From: a bacterium
GTDB lineage: Bacteria; Electryoneota; Electryoneia; Electryoneales; Electryoneaceae
DNA length: 64,000 nt
Reading direction: 5' to 3'
NCBI GenBank assembly: GCA_043801585.1
Contig: JAZDLX010000007.1
Span: 9,379 to 73,378 of the forward strand
The notes beneath the pieces are model-generated. The model worked only from the letters and a program-made list of their open reading frames with translations, searched no databases and was not told the DNA's origin. Shown here piece by piece: positions 10,589-17,984 of the stretch; positions within the stretch are counted from its first letter, which is position 1, and each line of letters begins with the position of its first letter. The translations under genes were made by a program, and so were the position numbers.

Positions 10589-10617
10589 ATCCCTCTCGGC
10601 GAGAGGGGTTTCGTTTT
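10589..10617 (+). terminator. Terminator hairpin, CCCTCTCGGCGAGAGGG plus GTTTCGTTTT
   Basis: The stem-loop is followed by a T-rich run. The hairpin sequence is related to the one at 7417-7435. Confidence 0.5.
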
Positions 10618-10699
10618 AACGAAATTCAATCGTTGTGTCGGGTCGTTAGTCCCAAACGGTTGGGACGGAGACCCGACCAGATGGCGAGCAGAGACCTGA

Positions 10700-10815
10700 C
10701 ACACACAAAGATCCTTCCTCCGCCTGGCGGCGGGTCAGGATGACTGAATTGTTGCAGGCCGGAGTCTCCGGCAGGGTGGCCTGACCCTTCAGGGTCGGGT
10801 TTCTGATCGAAGCGA
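10700..10815. repeat. Dispersed repeat unit (copy A) ending in GGGTGGCCTGACCCTTCAGGGTCGGGTTTC
   Basis: It shares ACACAAAGATCCTTC, TCAGGATGAC and a 3' block of about 30 nt with the element at 39296-39405. Confidence 0.4.
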
Positions 10816-10967
10816 AAGGCTGCATAAAGTCTGGCGAGTTTCCAGACAGTATTAATATTCCTTCGGAGTTGGTGGAGGAATGGAACCAGCTAAAAGTGGC
10901 TTCCTGAATTTCTATTCTGTCTGGAAACTCACTGGAGCACTGGCAGGCCTATCTTCCAAAGTGACTG

Positions 10968-11279
10968 TCACTGCTTCATACTCATCTTGCTCAATGCCGA
11001 CCGCACCTTGTCCTCCATGTGCGCATCACGGTCTCGGCGGTCGTCGATCTTGATCACGGTTCCGACCCGTTTTGCGCCCGCCTCGAAGAGGGCTTCGTGC
11101 ATCTTCGCAGCAACCTCCATCAGCACGGGGAAATCACCCTCGATGGAGGTGAACATCGGGCCAAGTTCCCAGCGGACGCGGCCGTCCTGCTTCAGCACCT
11201 CCAGCGCTTTCGCGACGTAGCCGCTGACACCGGTTCCCTCGGAAACCGTGGGTGCGACGCTGATTGCCATGATCGCCAT
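10968..11279 (-). CDS. MTH1187/YkoF-family (UPF0045) small protein, possible thiamin/ligand-binding
   Basis: A 103-aa protein, MAIMAISVAP..YVA..L......G..IEG....V......HEALFEAGAKRVGTVIKID.R.D, which is the MTH1187/YkoF fold signature. Confidence 0.7.
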   Translation of the reverse strand: MAIMAISVAPTVSEGTGVSGYVAKALEVLKQDGRVRWELGPMFTSIEGDFPVLMEVAAKMHEALFEAGAKRVGTVIKIDDRRDRDAHMEDKVRSALSKMSMKQ

Positions 11280-11313
11280 CGTACACTCCAGGTGAAATCA
11301 CTCTATAAAAGTG

Positions 11314-11436
11314 AAAACAGCTTGAAACAGGATATACAGGATTGAACAGGATGAAAAGAATGTAGAAATCGTCAACGAACAAATGCTTGCCTTCAGGATT
11401 TATCCTATCCATCCTGCCTCATTCTGTGCATCCCGT
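11314..11436. repeat. Third copy of the ACAGGAT inverted heptamer-array element (gene-less)
   Basis: The left units are ACAGGAT at 11326, 11335 and 11345. The right units are ATCCTAT 11401, ATCCTGC 11410, ATTCTGT 11420 and ATCCCGT 11429, with about 50 nt between the arms. Confidence 0.55.
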
Positions 11437-11588
11437 AAGGTCTTTCTTCTCGTCTCTTAAATTCAATATATACAAAAATCAACTACCTGTACCTCGCAAC
11501 TCCTGGTCCACCTTGACCACCTTGACATACCCAGGGCGCGCCCCTACCTTTCATGGCTGTTAACGACGCATCTGAAAGGTCTTGGACG

Positions 11589-11798
11589 ATGAAAGCGGAC
11601 ATCCATCCGGCATACCACTACGTGACAGTCAAGTGTGCCTGTGGTCATGAGTGGAATACGCGCAGCACGAAGTCGGGCGAAATCAAGGTCGAAATCTGCT
11701 CCAACTGCCACCCCTTCTTCACGGGCAAGCAGAAGCTGGTCGATACGGCCGGCCGTGTGGACAAGTTCTACCGCAAATACGGCATACAGCCGAAGTAA
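11589..11798 (+). CDS. rpmE: 50S ribosomal protein L31 (zinc-binding type)
   Basis: The sequence [27 protein letters not shown]...[12 protein letters not shown] carries a CxxC...CxxC zinc motif and the L31 signature. Confidence 0.9.
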   Translation: MKADIHPAYHYVTVKCACGHEWNTRSTKSGEIKVEICSNCHPFFTGKQKLVDTAGRVDKFYRKYGIQPK

Positions 11799-11873
11799 CG
11801 TCCCCTGAGCGCGAATCCCCCACAGGAAAAGCCTCTATCGAAAGTCGGTGGCCAGGCAGTCATCGACGGCGTC

Positions 11874-12767
11874 ATGATGCGTGGTCCAAAACGCATTGCA
11901 ACCGCCGTGCGCGATCCACAGGGGCACATTCGTGTCAAGGCCTACACCTTTGTCAGCGCCTCCAGGAAACACCGTGTATTGGGGCTTCCGGTGTTGCGTG
12001 GTGTGGTGGGCTTGTACGAAGCGATGTCCATCGGGATTCGTTCCCTGAACTGGTCGGCGGATGTCGCGGCTGAGGAAGAGGCGCCGCCCGCGAAGAAATG
12101 GTTCGATCCCATCCTCTCGTTTCTGATGAGCCTGGTCGCGATTGCCGTCGGGATCGGACTTTTCATGGCGATCCCCTATGCCGTTGCCGGTTTGATTCCC
12201 ACGGCTCAGAACCAGGTTCATTTTCACCTTGTGGCGGGCGGTCTCAGGATTCTGTTGCTGATCGGTTACATGTGGGGAATTTCGCTGATCCCTGAAATCA
12301 GCACGGTTTTCCGGTATCACGGCGCCGAGCACAAGAGCATTTTCGCATTCGAGAAGAACGTGAAGCGAACGCCCGCAAACGCCTGCACCCAGAGTCGTTT
12401 TCACCCCCGCTGCGGCACCAGTTTTCTGTTGCTTGCCGCCGTTCTGACAATGATCGGATTCATGCTGTTTGACAGTGCATGGACCGTTTTGGTGGGATCC
12501 TACAGCGGTGTAGCTGCTCGCATCGCCGTACACCTCCCGCTGGTTCCGGTGATTGCGGGTTTCTCCTATGAATTCCTCCGGTTGGTCGAACACCATTCGG
12601 AGGAGCCTGCCTGGCAACCATTCGTCCGCCCCGGTTTCTGGCTGCAGAAAATCACCACTCGCGAACCGGACGAGCGCCAGGTGGAAGTGGCCCTCGCTGC
12701 CCTCGAGGAAGCTCTTATCGAAGACGACAGGGACTATCTGGGTGCTCCGCGAGTCAACGGCTATTGA
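11874..12767 (+). CDS. DUF1385 (YqhQ-like) membrane metalloprotein
   Basis: The N-terminus ..GGQAVIDGVMMRGP.. and the HGAEHK motif match DUF1385, which is commonly found downstream of rpmE. The frame is open upstream to 11799 with no canonical start, so the true start may be a non-ATG codon upstream. Confidence 0.75.
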   Translation: MMRGPKRIATAVRDPQGHIRVKAYTFVSASRKHRVLGLPVLRGVVGLYEAMSIGIRSLNWSADVAAEEEAPPAKKWFDPILSFLMSLVAIAVGIGLFMAIPYAVAGLIPTAQNQVHFHLVAGGLRILLLIGYMWGISLIPEISTVFRYHGAEHKSIFAFEKNVKRTPANACTQSRFHPRCGTSFLLLAAVLTMIGFMLFDSAWTVLVGSYSGVAARIAVHLPLVPVIAGFSYEFLRLVEHHSEEPAWQPFVRPGFWLQKITTREPDERQVEVALAALEEALIEDDRDYLGAPRVNGY

Positions 12768-12849
12768 GTGACAGTTACCTAATTCGAGTATTTAATCGAG
12801 TCCTTCATCACACCGCTAACTGGAATTAGGTAACTGTCACTCAATAGCA
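12760..12849. repeat. Perfect 26-bp inverted repeat (GCTATTGAGTGACAGTTACCTAATTC) with a 38-nt spacer
   Basis: The left arm is 12760-12785 and overlaps the DUF1385 stop codon. The right arm is 12824-12849. No arm mismatches. Confidence 0.6.
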
Positions 12850-12900
12850 AAGAAATGAAAAGTAAAGTGTCCCCTTTTTTAATTCACATAGAGAACAACC

Positions 12901-13422
12901 ATGAAATCACACCAGAAGGTGATGGGGAACCCAGGGTCGGCATACCTGACCGAAGCAATCGCCGAGGAAGCCGTTGCCAAACTGGAAACCTACCTCGAAT
13001 GGCTGGACCATGCCGTTGGTATGCTCGATGCGGAAACTCTCTGGTCCAGACCATCCGCCAACCTCAATAGCGTCGGAAACCTGCTGATGCATCTCGAAGG
13101 AAATGTCCGGCAATGGATGCTTCACGGCCTCGGCGGAGAGGCCGATCACCGGGAAAGAGATCTCGAGTTCACCACTGAGGGCGGCATTTCGGGTGCGGAA
13201 CTGCTTAAAAAACTGCATGGTACGGTTTCGGCTGCCGGTGCGATCATCCGCGCTCCCCGGGCAGAGGAGGAATGGCTGCGGAAACGTGAGATCCAGGGAT
13301 ATGCAAACACCACACTGAGCGCTGTGATCCATGTTGTCGAGCATTTTTCGTATCATACGGGACAGATCGTTCAGCTTGCCAAGTCCGCGACCGGGCAAGA
13401 CATGGGGTTTTATAACTTATGA
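12901..13422 (+). CDS. DinB/YfiT-like (DinB_2) metal-dependent protein
   Basis: The H-x-EGN ... HxxxHxGQ pattern is present (LMHLEGNVRQW and VEHFSYHTGQI). The protein is 173 aa. Confidence 0.7.
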   Translation: MKSHQKVMGNPGSAYLTEAIAEEAVAKLETYLEWLDHAVGMLDAETLWSRPSANLNSVGNLLMHLEGNVRQWMLHGLGGEADHRERDLEFTTEGGISGAELLKKLHGTVSAAGAIIRAPRAEEEWLRKREIQGYANTTLSAVIHVVEHFSYHTGQIVQLAKSATGQDMGFYNL

Positions 13423-13518
13423 ATATTTCTTACGATACGATAATTAGGGACTGTCCCTGATGAAAGGGACAGTTCCCGGAGTTTCGCGACACGTTGGATA
13501 CCTGGGCTGGGAGGAAAG

Positions 13519-13983
13519 ATGAAGAAGTCTGGAATCATTCTGTTGAGCGTACTGCTGATCGTACTGGCCGGCTGCTCCAAGCAGAAAGCTGAAACGCAGG
13601 CTCAGACGCCGCCGCCGACTCAATCTTCTGAGATCACGGTGGTGGATGTCACCTCCTTGCAGGATGTGCTGGCGAATCCCTCGGAATACCTGGACAAGAC
13701 GATTCTCGTCGAAGGTGAGGTGACCGGCCGTTGCATGGGTTCAGGATGCTGGATCTCGCTGAAGGTCGGAGATGACGATCGTGGGATCATCGTGACGACG
13801 CTTGATGAATCCTACATTTTTCCGACGGACTGCATCGATAAAACGGTGCAGATCCAGGGTGCGTTGAAGGTGAAGAACGCGGATGAGATGGAAATGAAAG
13901 CGAAAGAGGTCAAGGGTGCGGATCATGAATGCCCGAACCCGGAATACTTCTTCGAGCCGCAGGCGTTGAAGGTCACCGCCTGA
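13519..13983 (+). CDS. Hypothetical lipoprotein (Cys-rich)
   Basis: A GGGAGGAAAG RBS precedes MKKSGIILLSVLLIVLAGC, which has a lipobox. Cysteine pairs are CMGSGC and C..HEC. Confidence 0.6.
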   Translation: MKKSGIILLSVLLIVLAGCSKQKAETQAQTPPPTQSSEITVVDVTSLQDVLANPSEYLDKTILVEGEVTGRCMGSGCWISLKVGDDDRGIIVTTLDESYIFPTDCIDKTVQIQGALKVKNADEMEMKAKEVKGADHECPNPEYFFEPQALKVTA

Positions 13984-14007
13984 TCCCAGCAGATTGATGA
14001 AAGTGCA

Positions 14008-14041
14008 GCGGACGCCAAATGGGGCGTCCGCTTTCTCATTT
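14008..14041 (+). terminator. Rho-independent terminator
   Basis: The hairpin GCGGACGCCAAATGGGGCGTCCGC is followed by TTTCTCATTT. Confidence 0.6.
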
Positions 14042-14094
14042 GCAGAAAAATGTACCAGGTACATGATGCAGAGTACCTGGTGCATTTTTCTGCA
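14041..14094. repeat. 22-bp inverted repeat (TGCAGAAAAATGTACCAGGTAC / GTACCTGGTGCATTTTTCTGCA), 1 mismatch, 10-nt loop
   Basis: It lies between convergent genes and may act as a bidirectional terminator or protein-binding palindrome. Confidence 0.5.
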
Positions 14095-14180
14095 ATGAAC
14101 GAGTGCTTATCGTTCGTTCAGGGGAACGGGTTCGCGACAGGTGAGTAAAAAATCACCGCGCAAGCATCAGTCCGGTACCC

Positions 14181-14879
14181 TTAGGGCAACGGCGCGGGTT
14201 TTCCCGAGAGCGCATAGGCGATCAGGTTGACACCCATGTGCAGGGCCGCCTGCCGTTTCTCCTCGGGGTCGTGGTGCACTTCGGGATCCTCCCAACCATC
14301 CCCGAGGTCGCACTGATAACTGTAGAAGAGGACAATCCGGCCATCCATGACGATTCCGAATCCCTGGGCGGGCAGACCGTCGTGGTAATGGATTTTCGGC
14401 AGTCCGTTCGGGAAATCGTAGACCATGTGATAGATGGGATGTGTAAAGGGGATCTCGACCAGTTCGCGGTCAGGGAATACTTTACGGATTTCCCGCCGGA
14501 AGGATTCATCCATGCCGTAATTGTCGTCAGCGTGCAGGAACCCTCCACTGAGCAGGTAGTCACGCAGACGTGACGCTTCCTCGTCGCTGAACCGGATGTT
14601 GCCGTGCCCGGTCATGTACAGGTAAGGATGACGGAAGAGGTCGGGGTCCAAAAGACGGACGGTCGTTTCACGCGGCGCCATCGGGATTCCCAACACCTGT
14701 ACGGCGGCTTTCTGCAGATTGACCAGCGAGGAGGGATCGCTGTACCAGTCTCCGCCTCCGTCGTAATGCACTCGGGCGATGGCGAACAGATCCTGAGCTG
14801 CCGTGGTCCTGATCCCCCCTGCAACGAACACCACAAGCGCCAGGGAAAGGAGCCTCTTCGACACCGGCCAGTGGAACAT
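14181..14879 (-). CDS. DUF4159-like secreted protein
   Basis: It has a signal peptide and a HYDGGGDWYSDPSSL motif typical of DUF4159. The protein is 232 aa. Confidence 0.6.
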   Translation of the reverse strand: MFHWPVSKRLLSLALVVFVAGGIRTTAAQDLFAIARVHYDGGGDWYSDPSSLVNLQKAAVQVLGIPMAPRETTVRLLDPDLFRHPYLYMTGHGNIRFSDEEASRLRDYLLSGGFLHADDNYGMDESFRREIRKVFPDRELVEIPFTHPIYHMVYDFPNGLPKIHYHDGLPAQGFGIVMDGRIVLFYSYQCDLGDGWEDPEVHHDPEEKRQAALHMGVNLIAYALSGKPAPLP

Positions 14880-15950
14880 TTAAAACGGGATCCTCGGGAT
14901 GTGCAGCGCATCCAGCACTTTGCCGAGCAGGGCTTTACGTTCGGCGTAGGGGAGGAAGGCGGATTTAAAGCCCATGATGATGATGCTTTCCAACTCATGC
15001 CTCGTAAAGCCGAGAGCCTTGTGAGCGAGATAGTACTCGTCGGACACCGTCGTCGCGGACATCAGCCGGTTGTCCGTGTTGATGGTCACACGAAGGCCGA
15101 AGTCGAAATAAAAACGAATCGGATGTTCGTCCAGGGACGGGACCGTTCCCACGTGCACGTTGGAGGAGATGCAGCATTCGAGCGGTATACGGTTATCGTT
15201 CACGTAATTGAGAAGTTCGCCATCCTCCTTCAGGCGGGTGCCATGTCCGATGCGATGGGCGCTCAAGTCATGGAGCGCCTGTTTGATTGAATCGGGACCC
15301 CAGGCTTCACCCGCGTGGACGGTGCAGGGAATGTTGTTCTTGCGGATCAGGTAGAAGGCGTCGGCATGGTCTTTGGCGGGGTAATGGTCTTCCTGTCCTG
15401 CGAGATCGAATCCGACGACTCCACGTCCCTTGTAAGCGACTGTCAGTTCCGCCAGCCGCAGGGAGACGGCCGGTTCGATCGAACGTATCCCACAGACAAT
15501 CACACCGGTGCGGATGCCGGTCTTTCGCTCGCCGGCGTGCAACCCGCTGAGCACCGCATCCAACACTTGAGTGAGTTTCAGGCCCTTCTGCTGATGCAGG
15601 ATGGGGGAAAACCGCACTTCCAGATACCAGACACCGTCGGCCCAGGCATCTTCGCAGAGTTCTTCCGCGATCCGCGCAATGTCCTCCTCGGTCTGCATGA
15701 TTGAGAGGGTAATATCGAAGGATTTCAGATAATCCTTGAGACTGTTTCGCTTCGCTCCGATTTCGAGAAGTTTTTCCAGCTGTTTCCCATTTTCGGCGGG
15801 GAGGTTTACACCCCGTTTTTTTGCAAGCTCGAGGATCGTGGGAACTCGGACCGATCCGTCAAGGTGGCAGTGCAGGTCTGTCTTTGGAAGTCGGCGGATT
15901 TCCTCAACTGTCAACTCGTCCTTTTCTCCCTGCGTATTCAATTCAGACAT
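14880..15950 (-). CDS. add: Adenosine deaminase
   Basis: Motifs LPKTDLHCHLDGS, HAGE, RIGHG and TINTDN place it in the adenosine/AMP deaminase family. Confidence 0.9.
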   Translation of the reverse strand: MSELNTQGEKDELTVEEIRRLPKTDLHCHLDGSVRVPTILELAKKRGVNLPAENGKQLEKLLEIGAKRNSLKDYLKSFDITLSIMQTEEDIARIAEELCEDAWADGVWYLEVRFSPILHQQKGLKLTQVLDAVLSGLHAGERKTGIRTGVIVCGIRSIEPAVSLRLAELTVAYKGRGVVGFDLAGQEDHYPAKDHADAFYLIRKNNIPCTVHAGEAWGPDSIKQALHDLSAHRIGHGTRLKEDGELLNYVNDNRIPLECCISSNVHVGTVPSLDEHPIRFYFDFGLRVTINTDNRLMSATTVSDEYYLAHKALGFTRHELESIIIMGFKSAFLPYAERKALLGKVLDALHIPRIPF

Positions 15951-16129
15951 GGTATTGCTCCTTAGGGATAATCACGCAAGATAGGTGACAGTGATCGGAC
16001 ACGCCAGTCCCGGCGTGTGAGAGGAGGGGACATGAAAAATGTGATTCCTCATTACCTTATGACGGAGTCACAAGGCTTAAGAAATCACATTGCAAGGAAC
16101 TCACCGTGGTGAGGTGCTGAAGCAAGGCA

Positions 16130-16333
16130 TCAAATGTAAAAGTCGTACACTGATCCAGTACCTGAGACTGAGGAATCCTGGGTGGAAAGATTCAGATCGA
16201 CCGAGACAGCCAGTTGCCCCAGGTCTTTTGTCATCATATTGATCGTCTCGGTGACAATTTCAGTGCTCATCGCCTGAATGTTCAGGGCGTCCTTCAGCGT
16301 ACTGAAGTCAAGTGCGTCTACATGCATTTCCAT
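16130..16333 (-). CDS. Small hypothetical protein (67 aa)
   Basis: A compact ORF in tandem with a second small ORF, downstream of a STAS gene. It has a Ser/Thr/Gly-rich C-terminus and was not recognised. Confidence 0.4.
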   Translation of the reverse strand: MEMHVDALDFSTLKDALNIQAMSTEIVTETINMMTKDLGQLAVSVDLNLSTQDSSVSGTGSVYDFYI

Positions 16334-16367
16334 GAATACACCTCCCGCTTGAAAGCGTAACTATTCG

Positions 16368-16583
16368 CTATGCGAGCAGGTTGATTTTCAAAGGATTTGC
16401 ACCCTTGTTAAGGGCGGGCACATTGATCTTGCTGGCTTGGCCTTTGTTCGGCTGTTCACCAAGCTGGCGAACGGAAAGCCCCGAGGTATCCAGCATTTTC
16501 ATCTCTACCTTTGTGTTGATTCCAAGGTTCGGTACCATCGAACGGATGCCGCTGCCGCTGCCTTGCATCTGAATCTGCATCAT
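16368..16583 (-). CDS. Small hypothetical protein (71 aa)
   Basis: A compact ORF between the STAS gene and the 67-aa ORF, rich in G, N, K and Q. No domain was recognised. Confidence 0.4.
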   Translation of the reverse strand: MMQIQMQGSGSGIRSMVPNLGINTKVEMKMLDTSGLSVRQLGEQPNKGQASKINVPALNKGANPLKINLLA

Positions 16584-16652
16584 CGTTACCTCCTCGCGAT
16601 CACGCTGTTCTTACGAATGTTCGAGGATGCTGCCACATCCTCTGATTGTTTG

Positions 16653-17093
16653 TTATCCAAGCAAACGTTGCACCTGATCAACGTCTTGTTTGAACCTCTC
16701 ACGAACCGTTTCAATGGCAATCCGCGCCTCACCGGCCGTCGAGTAATATTCTGGACCCTCGACACGGCTGTTGCCGAATCGAAAACGGTTTTCGACACTC
16801 CAAAACCTCAACATGCTGCGGACAAACCAGGGGACATCCACGAGAGTGACGTCCCCATGCAGCGATCTCAAGTGCCTCTCCACGGAGAGCAGGGCGGAAG
16901 TCAGAGTGGCATGGAGAAAACGCATCCCGCGGAGGCAGATTCTGAGGTGCATTGCGCCGTCCGCGATCTCCCGCCACAGCACTTCTTCAAGACCTCCCTG
17001 AAGATCCACGTCGACATGAGAACCGGCGATGATCGTCACGGTATCGCCGTCGCGGCGTGTTTCCCAGGTAGTCACCTTCATCTCAGCCTCCAT
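16653..17093 (-). CDS. STAS-domain protein (anti-sigma-factor-antagonist-like)
   Basis: The pattern ..LRICLRGMRFLHATLTSALLSVERHLRSLHGDVTLVDVPWFVRSMLRFWSV fits the STAS/SpoIIAA pattern. The start is M77 or M81 of the ORF-caller protein; M81 at 17081 has a GGAGG RBS. The upstream 76 codons of the 222-aa ORF look non-coding. Confidence 0.6.
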   Translation of the reverse strand: MEAEMKVTTWETRRDGDTVTIIAGSHVDVDLQGGLEEVLWREIADGAMHLRICLRGMRFLHATLTSALLSVERHLRSLHGDVTLVDVPWFVRSMLRFWSVENRFRFGNSRVEGPEYYSTAGEARIAIETVRERFKQDVDQVQRLLG

Positions 17094-17984
17094 CTCCGTG
17101 GATAATGCTAAAGTCAGCCGGATCAACTGCCGATAAAGATAGGGGTGAGTCTGTTCCAGCTGCCGATCTCTGGATAGGCAACACCTGTGCCAAGTGACGT
17201 GAAATCGCCGGGAGAGAAATATATCTAACTGATAAATCAGAGGATACGAAGTTGTTTTTCGTCTTTTCTTCTTCCCTCCAATCCGCTGGAATCTCTGAAA
17301 ACCGCCACCTTTTCGTAGCACCTCGCAGTCAATTCAAGTTAAACACCTGTTCCTAATGGGATTTTCTATGGCACGGAGGGGTATCACCGGGGTCAATGCC
17401 GCCCGAAGGTGCGGTTTTAACAGCGAAACTTGAAGCAAGTGACGAGGGATCATTGAGTAACAGGCTAAAGGTTTTCGGATTCAAAGCCGATAACAGTAGT
17501 GACGTGGTGTACCCGAAAGGACCGGATGAGCCCTCGCGTTGGACCGACTGGCCTGCCCCGGCCGGAACCCATCAAGGCTGGCAACTCTCCCCGCCTGCCT
17601 CAGGAGGACTCCGTTCCCGCCACGACAACTCCACCTGCCCCGAAAACACCTCAGGTTCCAGGATGGGCAACAGCAGCCGGACATGCGCTTTATCGCAGGG
17701 TTCAGGACCTCCCGAATGGGGGAAAGACAGGTTCGACCGAACAGACTCCGAAGAACCCTGAGGAAGCCCGCCACCAGGGCATCGGCCGCATGATCGACAC
17801 CTGGGCCTGATGGGTTTTTCCTTCGAACAAGGTATGTACGTGAAAGCGAAGCGGGAATTTCCAGTCAGTCAAAAGGGATATTCTTATACTTAACTGAATA
17901 GTAATCTCAATTAAATAGGAACAGTCCCTATTTCAACTCAGGATGATATACCGTTCAGATAGTGACGCTGCAGCTCTCCGTTGT

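Noticed and set aside
11280-11552. TPP riboswitch upstream (minus strand) of the YkoF-like gene, by analogy to the Bacillus ykoFEDC operon.
   Set aside because: No CTGAGA / GGGGTGCC / ACCTGATCTGGATAATGCCAGCG-like conserved elements on the relevant strand. The region is instead occupied by the ACAGGAT heptamer palindrome.
14612-15704. ORFs overlapping add on other frames or strands (14604..15290 +, 15315..15704 +, 14612..14998 -).
   Set aside because: They lie entirely inside the well-supported adenosine deaminase and DUF4159 genes and have low-complexity translations, so they are spurious.
16130-16583. The two small ORFs as YjfB-like motility proteins or RiPP precursors.
   Set aside because: Only a faint MS...QLAVSV resemblance to YjfB. 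There is no leader/core or GG-cleavage architecture and no adjacent modification enzyme. They are left as hypothetical proteins and flagged as a finding rather than annotated.
16654-17321. The full 222-aa ORF upstream of the STAS domain, as a longer STAS protein.
   Set aside because: The first 76 codons (MLRKGGGFQRFQRIGGKKKRRK...) are low-complexity and lie in the non-coding gap. An internal ATG with a GGAGG RBS starts the recognisable STAS domain.
17330-17820. Possible tmRNA or RNase P RNA in the long GC-rich gap. A GGGGTATCACCGGGGTCAATGCC start loosely resembles a tmRNA 5' end, and CGAAAGGACCGG loosely resembles the RNase P P4 region.
   Set aside because: No tag-peptide reading frame ending in ..AA-stop. 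No T-arm/CCA-proximal GGTTCGAATCC-type 3' end. No GGAAAGTCCGGGCT, GGTAAGGGTGAAA or ACAGAACCCGGCTTA RNase P blocks on either strand. It is kept only as a generic candidate structured region.
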